DNA from: Ramazzottius varieornatus
Lineage: Eukaryota; Animalia; Tardigrada
Direction of reading: 5' to 3'
Length of the DNA: 64,000 bases
Assembly: GCA_001949185.1 (NCBI GenBank)
Contig: BDGG01000011.1
Coordinates: forward strand, 1,474,597 to 1,538,596
The notes under the pieces: model-generated
What the model saw: the letters and a program-made list of their open reading frames with translations, nothing else
Databases searched by the model: none
What the model was told of the DNA's origin: nothing
In this document: positions 49,750 through 59,700 of the stretch, in pieces
Layout of the letters: each line of letters begins with the position of its first letter
Position numbering within the stretch: the stretch's first letter is position 1
Translations under genes and position numbers: made by a program

Positions 49750-52508
49750 CCTATCGGCGAAACAGCCTTGTTGTTGTGTTCGATGAAAGCTGGAATTGAT
49801 TTGGCTGTTGATTGATAGAACATTTAACACTATGGTCTACCCACACTGAAAGAAGTGAGGATTATCATTGTGTCTGTTTTAGAAGTTCGTCGTAATATTT
49901 TCGGTTACTTTCTCATTGTTGTTCAAAAACTTAGGTCGGTTTTTCGTTCACAAATCATGTTACGGCACTTGCCCGGAAGTTCAGTTTCGTGTGATGCTTC
50001 GCCCAGTTCGTTTTGTGTCGTGCAGATGGGTTCGTCCGGCCCAGTTTTGGGACAATCGTTCTCTGACCGGATTGTTCAGGAATCGAGTTTTAAGTTTTGG
50101 GACCCCAAGGGTCAAATAAAAGCGACAATGCTATCTGATGTAGCAAACATCAAGGAGCACGATGCCGAAGTCTATTTAGCTGTTTGAGCAGTAGTCATCG
50201 AGAAATGCTTGGTTTGGTCATGGGTAATTAGGAAGTCTCCTCATGGCAAAACTAATTGTGACTAATTGGGATCTAATGACCAACAAAATGTTAGTTTCAA
50301 AGCTGCGGCGCCATCGTTATGAGATTCAAAACCAGCGTTTCTTGCTCTATATTATGCCCCACACGATCGTAATATGTGGTCTGGGAGAAAAATCAGAAGC
50401 AAATGCCCCTAGAGTTTTCGACAATTTTTTCTCAAAAGGGCGAACAGCTTTTTGAAACGTTGAACCACGCACGGCGAGATACGGCAAGCTTACCGCACGA
50501 TGTTCTTCGATATTCTTAACAGCCCCATGCCAAACAAGAGTACTTCGGAGACGAAAACGATCGTCCCAAAATTGAGCTTGACGAACCCAGATGTACTTTT
50601 GGAAGTCAGTCTCCTGGACATTGCGGATGTGTAGCGTCGACGTTAGCGTGTTCTCCTCTGCATCGGTTACGATTTCGTGTCGTTCATCATTTGTGACCTG
50701 TCGCGAAGATAACAGATCCCGTAAATATGCATACTGTATCATCTCGATTGATCCAGAAGGCAAACATTTCAAAACCACCGCACTCCACTTTTCAACCTTT
50801 CAGTCCCAACATTCACTGCAACATTCGGCAACGTTTCGTCTCTCGTTTCGCTTTCAAGAAAATACGTCCGGGATGAACGGTACAAAAATGTCCAGAATTT
50901 TGAAAAAAGAAGTCTTGCACAATTTTCAAAATGGTTTAATTCCTCACAATTTTTCTGGCATTTCTTCAGAAAATTTGAAAGCTTTGTTATAATTTTATTC
51001 GGAATTTCAGTATGTGCAGATATTTGCCGATTTTATGTATCACGGTTGTTCAAGAGACAGAACTTACTTCCTCCTTGGCGGAAGCATCGGCTTCATGTTC
51101 GGCATGACTTCCTGCCACTACACGATGCCACGTGAACTGATGTCCGTCGGTAGGATAAGCGTTGAAAGAGCATTCCAGCTTGGCGTCTCCACCGACTTTG
51201 GACAGGAAGACGGCGGTGCCGTCCAGGACTTCGGGCTTGTATCGAATGTTAACCCGCACGCTGTTGTTGACGGGCGCGCCAATTCCGTTATCAGCCACAC
51301 AGGCATAATCACCCAACATCCGCCCTGGTCAGTCCGCTCTCGGGTTGCACATTGATCTCTCACTCTGATTTTTAAATTCAGTTAACTTTCAGTTTTTAAA
51401 TTCGTTGATGGCCCGACATGTCCTGTCTGTCCTGTGAAGAGAGAGCGATGTCGTAAAAGATGGTAGTCGTTATTGAAGAGGCAAACAAGCGAGATAACTT
51501 AATCTAGATTTACAACAACACCCAGATCAATCGACGCAGAGTCCTTAGTTCCTCACAAATTTCAGGAATATTTGTCTAAAAAATAAATTTTCACAGATTA
51601 TTTTCTGTTATACTTGGTCAACCTCAACTTAAAATTTTAAATTCGAAAAACGTCAGTTGAAGCCCCGGGTGCCGCGGCAAACAAAACCCGACAGTATTGC
51701 TGTCGCAAAAGGCGCACGTTTTCATTGTCACTGGCTTAACGCGTGCGCCACTTGCAAAAACAATCCTGTCGAGTTCGTTCGTTTTTGCGGAGTGGCGCAC
51801 CTGCACAGTGGATTTGGCAGGGCTTGTGCGCCACTCGGGAAATCCATTGTGCTGAGATTGTCCAAGTTTCAGTTTTAGAATTTTGAAGTTAACGCTGATT
51901 TTTTCGTCAAATTCGCTTGCGGAATACTCCTCCGGAACTAGAATTTCGTTCGACTTCAAAATGTTGTCGGGCAGTTTGAATGTGTTCCGCTTACGGTGAA
52001 GACCTATTCAAGCGTTGGCTGAGGAAATCCCTGGACGCGGCAACTGAGCGGAAGTGGTTGGCCTTTCTCGCTACTGATTTCCTTGTCGCCAGGTTGAATG
52101 TCGACGCTAGGTGGCCGGATAATGGTAACAGCGTGCACTACCTCTACCTGCTCCTCGCCGGCGTCTTGACAGGTGTAATTGCCGGCATTAGCGTTGCTGA
52201 TCCGTGTCAAGATCATGTTGGTCCCTTCCAGTTTCTTGTTCCGCTTGGACGTTAGCGTGGTCCCTGTGGCCAGGATTTTGGCCCCATGTTTCCAGATCAG
52301 GACCCCGCTCTCCGGGTTCTCGATCTCACAGGGTAGTTCCAAGCGCTTGCCGGCCTCTACTATCAAGTCCTGACAGGGCGTCTTCATCCCAGGGGGGGAG
52401 GGGGGGGATTGGCGGAGTGTCGGTGGTTTCTTCGGATTCTGTGGGGTCGTTGCCGTTCGGCTGGATAGCTTCCACCGAGTCTGGACCTTCTTGTCCATGG
52501 ATAAAACC
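49750..52508 (-). pseudogene. Multi-Ig-domain cell-surface protein pseudogene (lachesin/amalgam/IgLON-like)
   Basis: Ig cores LPCEI...IWKHG...NAGNYTC, LSCRVQGFPQPTLE*(W), GDYACVADNGIG, LECSFNAYP...FTWH, STLHIRNVQETDFQKYICTTQNELG. Lesions: TAG at 52004-52006, frameshift near 51315, MITE insertion in the third Ig domain. First and last exons not resolved. Confidence 0.78.
50028..50588. mobile_element. 561-bp MITE with GGG...CCC termini and 4-bp TSD (Sola2-like)
   Basis: TIRs GGGTTCGTCCGGCCCAGTTTTGGGACAATCGT / ACGATCGTCCCAAAATTGAGCTTGACGAACCC. TSD AGAT at 50024-50027 and 50589-50592. Removing it restores the Ig exon frame. Confidence 0.82.
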
Positions 52509-52756
52509 TGAAGTGGAAAAGTGGCGGGCAAAACCAAATGCGTGACAAATTCGTAAAAAAGTGGCATCAAATACAGAACAACCAACCAAATAATACTTTG
52601 AAGTAACCAAGCCAATCAACATATACACTTCTTCCGGGTAGCGCTCGATCGGTTGACCGAGCTGTCGAAAGTTTTCAACCGGTATCTTATGATTATCTAA
52701 ACTTTTTTATAGTTGTGGATTAGGGACAGTTCAAGAACGTATGCATACACGGGAAC

Positions 52757-53253
52757 AATAGAGAAGTTGCACATTGCACAAATGTTTCGAACAAACGAGA
52801 ACTAATTAATTTTGAAAATCGAAGTTTATGAAAGCATTCGCTGGAAGCTTTGAGAAGTTGCACAACGCGGGCGCGTTTGAGAAAAACGATGGGACAAACG
52901 ACCGCTGCTGACCATGGTGGTTTGTTCGGCAGTAATTAGCCCACCAAGTTAAAAAAGAACCGGCTCAAATGCAATTCTGATTGACTGATTGTCCGGTGTG
53001 GAGGCCCCGTGTTGCCCGGGCACCGATCACGCTTCCCAGTGCTTCGAGCCAGCCAGGGCATTACTGACGGCAATTCGTTCATGTTTGAAATCTACGGGGG
53101 ACTTCCTTCGTGATTCACGAACGAAGCCCCCCTTCGTTTCGTGAATCACGAGCCGAATTACAAATCTTGAATTTTTAAACTTTTTTAAATGCAATCGTGT
53201 TGTCCAAACTGTCGTTTGTCCAAACCATCTGTGCAATGTGCAACTTCTCTATT
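52757..53253. mobile_element. ~495-bp MITE
   Basis: ~42-bp inverted termini AATAGAGAAGTTGCACATTGCACAAATGTTTCGAACAAACG / CGTTTGTCCAAACCATCTGTGCAATGTGCAACTTCTCTATT. TSD ambiguous. Confidence 0.75.
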
Positions 53254-54166
53254 AATAACATTGTTGGCCTGTTGGTTTTGGGTATTGGTGCCAGTGGGTG
53301 AACGGTATGTGTGGCCATGATTTCCGGAAGGTGTTCATCCGATCGACCACCCCGTACTGTATGTTAGTCTTGTCTTTGTAAAAGATGTCTCATTTGGATG
53401 GCTTTGTTCCACAGTTCGACGATATTTCGAAAGGAGGTACGTTACAAATATCCGCAAGCGAGACCAAATCGCGACCCTTGTCAGATTGGGATAACTCGTC
53501 GGCGATATTAACTCTGTCGTTCACGCCAGTACGACTACAGTACATTTTACAGACTTTTGAAAGAAGGTCCATGGTGGAGGGTCGCGCAATGACAGCCTGA
53601 TCAGGGATGACGAACTGACAGTCTCGATTGTGTTTCCAAACGTTTCGCCCTGAGCTTTTCAGAAGTTATTACGGAAGACTCAGGTCGATGCTCACCTACT
53701 GAGACGGTACTTTTACTTACCCGATCACGACAAAAAGAGTAATAGAGGCAAAGCATTTCATGAGCAATAGTAACTGAGGAAGAGGTTGCAAAACGCCACT
53801 GAGATGAAGTCTCAGCATACCTCATGTTAACGGTTAGAACAGTTCTCCGCTACACAAAAACTGCCTCCGCAGGGGTTCGAATGACAAGGGAAGAAAGGCC
53901 ACCGCAGAAACCAATGCAAACAACTTTCTAGAGGAGGGAAAAGCAGGCTGAAAATTTTAAGAAAAAACGCTAGAATTCTCCGTCGGAAAGCAGAGGCGGA
54001 TCTGCGAAATCCCACATAAATGGATACTAATCCCGAAAAAAAGATCAACAGATGGAGCCATCGTCCGCCAATTGAGCACTTCTTGGATCGTGGGCGTCAC
54101 GAAAAGAGAATCAGTCTGGAGCACAAAGAGGTAGAGGAGCTTTCTTGCACACCAAAGTACCAGTAC

Positions 54167-55900
54167 TCATAAACTTTGACTCACTGTTAGCTCGTTTAGC
54201 AGCTGTTGCAGCAATGTTTGCATCGTATCATAGTAAGTTGGGTATGTGTTGAAGAGGGGATGTCCGTTAATTCGTGTAACCGGACGTTTTTCATTGGCAC
54301 GAAGTAGTTCACTGACGTCGGTAAAATCGTAACGTACCGTAAGAGTAGTTCCAACATCCATGCGCTCGAGCACTGTGCCAAACTGATAGTAGCGACCGTT
54401 TCCTAAAATACAAAAAGGTCTAGAGCCGGACAATTTCCGTCGACTGACTAGATACATGGGGCAGATCTCGGTAGTACAGTGTGATATCGCGTGACACTTC
54501 AATCTCGATGCTGGAGCATACCTGCGGAGTTAGTCATGACTTCCACGGTCTTAAGATGATTGGCATTCGCATAACACTCAACTGTGACGCTGGAATTTGG
54601 AGGAACCCAGAAGCCTTGGCCCCTGGGCTTACGAACGAGATGGTTTACCGCCATGAGTTCTACGGGAGCCGCATCAAACTCCATATCGACATCGGCGTCA
54701 GGTGCTGGAATTCAGGAGAATTACGGCACGAAAAGCGAGGCCTCACTTTACCCGTTTGCCGAACTGGCCACTTTTTCCACGAATGGTTTCTCACTAACCT
54801 TCCGCCACCAAAACGTCAAAATAATGCAAAAGTTTCTCGAAAATTTAGCTTCATTCCCATTCAGTCAGAAGTGGAAACAAGTGGACGATCATGACGGAGG
54901 AAATTCCAGAGGGAAAGTCGGGAAACTTGTTCGACATTAGGAAACACGCTCTCTGAAAAGGGCAGAACAAGCCGGGCCAAGTAAACCACATTTGTTCTCG
55001 ACCGAGCAGGGTCACACCTTCCTGATCGTGTGCTCTGTCTCAATACAGTCCACTCGTTCAAGATCCGTACACTACTCCAATTCAAGTTGGCAAAATTATA
55101 GCGAACACAGGGGGGGGGCGGGGGGGGGGGGCTCGCCATGAAGCTTTCTGGTCGCTTGTTCATCCGAACGCACCAACAGAAGCTACCAGTTGCAGCAACT
55201 TTTGGCCCTTGGAAAACACCGAAACAGGAACAACTTCCAGAACCTCGAAGAATACAAGAGGGTTTGACAATGCCACACTCGGTCAAATGAATTGTGAAGG
55301 CATGGCAGTTCGGCTCACGAAACTGCTTTCGCAGAGCTTGCGCGTTTCATAGGTAGAAGACAAGTCTTTGCTTTTCGATAAAAATTGATTACCCGTACGA
55401 ACGACGTCGCTTTCTTTCGTTTTTCCCAAGCTGTACAGTTGATGTTTGGCTAGTGGCAAATGGAAATGGAAGAAGTGTACGGATCTCAAACCAGTGGACT
55501 ATAATGGCATAGCACTGCCGTTTTTTCACAAGACCGGAACGGCTACAACTTTATCCACTTCCACGCGAAAACGGGTTGCTTCTGACAAAATTATTGAGTT
55601 ATCCTGACCAGCGACGGCTTCGCTTTTTACCTCTTCATCTTGCACGGTTCACCTTACCTGCATCACTGGTCTCTGCGGGATGCTTTTCAACGTTTGCCGA
55701 ATTCTGAAGGCTGTCTCTCCGTCATCATTCAACTAATATCCAAGGATGAACCACGAAGAGACGTCAGTGCATCTTGAGGATGTTCTCCTGTTTCGTATCT
55801 CAGCTCTCAATGGTCGGATCAAGACCATCCAGGTGTCCAGCTCTGGCCAGAAACTGGGTGTTACTTATGAGGGCCGAATGCGGGAACGGAAATTCGAAAA
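54167..55900 (-). other. Exon-like fragments of an unidentified gene or pseudogene
   Basis: Open segments bounded by splice-like signals (acceptor ~54403 before NGRYYQFGTVLERMDVG; exon ~54704-54522 ending in GTATG; GTAAGG donor ~55657). Several stops upstream. No family recognised. Confidence 0.3.
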
Positions 55901-56197
55901 AAAAGATTTATGGTGGTCTGACTGCCAGCCGTGTTTCGTCTCCCGGTAGCGTATGAAGTCGCCGGAAGTACAGCTGCCAATCTGAAAGGTTTCTATATAG
56001 CCTACTCGATAACCACATCACTTGGCCAAGCTTCAGCTCCAGGCATGGCATCTTCACCCATTAAGTTTCCTCCTCATGCAGGAGGCTAATTTCAGGGTGG
56101 CGACCCCTTTGGTGCTAAATTCTCCTCTGCATATTTATGGAGTGTACTCGGGTACACTCCGCCTCACGCGGAGTGTACCCGAGTGAGGCGAAATTAT

Positions 56198-56615
56198 CTA
56201 CGAGGTAAACGACATAATTTGGCCGTGCCTATTTTTTGGACGTAATTAGGACGGGTTATATTTCTGAGCTCACTGTACCACCTCGCTTGGGTTTTCATTA
56301 CCGAGGTGGACAAACTTATNNNNNNNNNNNNNNNNNNNNNNNNNNNNNNNNNNNNNNNNNNNNNNNNNNTTACCGAGGTGGACAAACTTATCTCCGAGAG
56401 CACTGGATAGGTTTTAGGATGAGATGAGGTCTCGGGTCGAAGAAACTCCTCTTGGGAGGAAGAGGGGTCGGTCTAATGTTAAAAAGCCTAGATTTGTATC
56501 AACAGGCGTACGATGAAAAATGAATCAAGGGTTGACGATAATGTTCAAACGTTTTACGCCGTCCTAATTACGTCCAAAAAACAGGTACGGCCAAATTATG
56601 TCGTTTACCCCGCAG
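56198..56615. mobile_element. MITE-like element spanning an assembly gap
   Basis: ~55-bp inverted termini GGTAAACGACATAATTTGGCCGTGCCTATTTTTTGGACGTAATTAGGACGG and inverse at 56559-56615. N-run at 56320-56369. Confidence 0.7.
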
Positions 56616-56765
56616 TGCGAATATTGGTTCATTCTTCCGGCAAAGTTTGTGCGACATATATAGGCAAAGCCTCGGTTTGATGATGGAGAAAATATCTAGA
56701 AATGGAGGCCCCTGCAGCCTTTTTGTACCGTAACCTTTGCAGATGGACGAAGTGTTTCGACAACA

Positions 56766-59700
56766 ATGAGCAAGTATTTTACAGAGCAGGTGTCCTCTTT
56801 GTCGTCGTGTCCCTCAGGCTGGCCATCCTCATTTTCGGTGAGAAATTCTCACGTATCCTGGTTGACATCCTGCTTTCCCCCCGTCAGTCTAACTTCACTA
56901 AAGTTTAGAAATTCACCAAACCTGATTTTGTGGCTGACGATATTTTATCATCACCTCTCTCCTCCGTCGCAAACTTTACCAGGGATTTGTAGTTGCATAT
57001 CCCGACCATGGAAGAGATCGAGAAGACGTTGGGGGTAACAGGCCAAGCGTGGCAAAAGTACTTCTCGCGAATCTGGACCGATCCGGAACTCTACCACCAA
57101 TGGCGTTCTCCAGAGTTCAAGTCGCCGGAGAATCGTCCCCATCCACAGTTGACCGCCTCCATCGACGCCCTGATAGCCTGTCAGCTCTTTCCGGACCAAC
57201 TATCGCGCTTCCACAACGCTCTCTACGTCCTCAACACTGTCATGCCGCTTTGCGCCAGGATATTTCGTCTCAATGGCGAATTATACAACCTCATCCGGTA
57301 AGCTTCATTTTGATCCAAACTCTCCCTCAGTTTCAGAAAAAATTACATCTTCTGTTCAACGAACCGAATTTTTCGGTCTGTGTTTCAGATCAGCGGAAAT
57401 CGACGGATATTCGGCTCGAGAAAGGTCTCTCCAAGATGGCAGGTCCAAGTTTCGAGCGGATCAGTCCTTGACAGAGCTGGAAAAAATGCAGCTTGTGAAG
57501 ACTCCATACGCTACGAAATCGGTATATATCAGACTGCCAATATGGTCACCCATCACAAAATCTGACATGCTGTATATTTTCCTGGAAGTACTTTTAATTC
57601 AGAAACACATCCGTGCGTTTACTTCCACAGAAAGAGGAGGAAAATATGTTTTACGATCAGATCTCCTTCTTCATGATGAACCATTGGAACCGGACAGTAT
57701 GCTTGGAGAAAATTAAGCAGACAGTCTTCTCGGATGCTCACCTCTCTTCGGTAGGATATTCTTCCATGGGGTCGTTAGTTCGGTCAAATATTCCCTACGT
57801 TTTTGGAATTTGTTTCGTCGACAGGTCAACGTGCATTTTGGCTTCTTGGCGGTGGTCAACGAGTGTCTGGGCCTGGCGGAGCAGGAAGTTGCTCAACAGG
57901 CTCGTCCTGGCCAGCCCAATTCCTCCCTCGTCATCGCCACGTTCCCGCTGCACGGAGCAACAGCTCTCGGTCTTCCCACCTCGGTACCGTCCAGGAAGCA
58001 AGAAACGCTGGCACAGGGTACCTTGTTCGCTTTTGTCAAACGCATACCCAACTTGGCCGTCATGTTGGCGCAGTTGACTCGTCGACTCGAACGTGTCCTT
58101 TCGGTAAGCTCTTGCCTGCCCCAACTATTAGAAAGCTGGAAAGCTCCGCTAAAAGGCTGGACAAGATCGTTGTCCAAGTGCCGCATCCTTTCAGCCAGCA
58201 TATTGAGGACGTGCGCCACCTGATCGGAACAAACAAAGTCGAGAGGATTGTTTATTCCAAGTAGCGCACGCCTACAGCAAACATCGTTGGAACATGCGCC
58301 ACTTGAGACGTCAGCCTTGTCGAGCTAGCGTACTAAGCTTTCACTTGTGCTCCGGTCATACTCCAACGTAATTACGTATTCCGAAATAGCTCTGTCGCTG
58401 ATTTCTTCCAGAATTACTTTGAGCCAGGTGTGAATGCGGCGGACTTGAACCCGCTCATCCGGCCGACGGCGACCTTCAACGCCGATAAGGCCTCCTGTCA
58501 AGTGGAGTTGCGCGACAAGACGGGCAAATCGGTGGTGTTTGTGGTGGAAATTCTTTTCTCTTTTGCCGATGCTGTCCGTCACACAGACTTGGCCAGTATG
58601 TTCAAAAGGGACACAACTCCAGTTTTCGACGAGTCACTGAGATCCAACGTTCTCTTCCTCCTACGCGAATACTTCCTTCTGGTAAGACTCAAACGATACC
58701 TTCCACCATAGCTCAACATGCTAACGGTTTTCGATGGCATTCTCCAGAAACATATCGTGGTGTGTCCGGATCTTCGGTTCACCATTTCTCTTGTGCTGGG
58801 AATACGAAGCGTTTCTGAATCTCTTCGCCATCAGGTTTCCAGCTGGGTGAGTATGGCTGCTTCAGAAGAAACTCGGTGCGTGTGTTTTCCCAGGTGACGC
58901 ACTTTCTTAGTTTTGCTAACTGGAAGCCTGCGCCACTTGGAAAAGCGATCTTGCCGGGTTTCTCGTTTGCCAAGTTCCCAAGTTTTGCTTGTTCCTTTCT
59001 GAAATGGTGGTTTGAACTGTTCCTCATGGCTGTTCTCTCTTTTCTTCCAACAGGACGTGGTGATGATAATGTGGACATTGTCGCAGCTGGCACCACTGGA
59101 GAATCCGGGTGTAGCCATGACCCGCTTCTTTGCCGTTGTCGAGCAAGGCCGCCTTTGTGAAGCGCGTAGCTCCACTGCTCCCTTCAGTTCTCTTCCACTG
59201 CCTGTCAACCCACAAGGTCCTTCCGGATTCTTCCACGTGGAAAACTTCGGCATTTTAAACTGCGACTCGGACAAGATTCCGGCAACAACAACCAACATTG
59301 TAAGCGATGACGAAAGATTTTATTTCTAGACTCGGGCCACAGCTTTCGTAAAAGAAAAGAAAGTTCAACTCGCAGAAGTAAATACACGCATTTCAAGTTT
59401 TGATACCGGCTAAAATTTCAAAATTTCCTGTCATCGTATGGCAAGAGTGCTCAGCGACCAAATTAACGATGACTGTCTACCCAGCGCTTGAAAAACTAGC
59501 CTTGTGGAATCTGTTTCCCGAGATGACGCACATTCTTGATGTCACTGGCTGGAAGCGTGCGCCACTTCACAAACTTGTCGAGCTTGCTTGCCTAAGTTTC
59601 AGTTTTTCCAAATTTCGGCATGACAGATTCTAAATATTTTCGTCTCATCGCAGGCGGGTGTTCTGAGTGCCATCTTCAAAAAGAACATCGAAAAGCCAGT

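Noticed and set aside
52004-52006. TAG at a conserved Ig Trp as a possible A-to-I recoding (UAG>UGG) site
   Set aside because: The same gene has a frameshift near 51315 and an exonic MITE, so plain pseudogenisation is the simpler explanation.
55108-55131. G-run as a G-quadruplex regulatory element
   Set aside because: Simple homopolymer with no supporting context; length unreliable in assemblies.
56299-56390. Direct repeat TACCGAGGTGGACAAACTTA on both sides of the N-run
   Set aside because: Typical scaffolding overlap artefact around an assembly gap.
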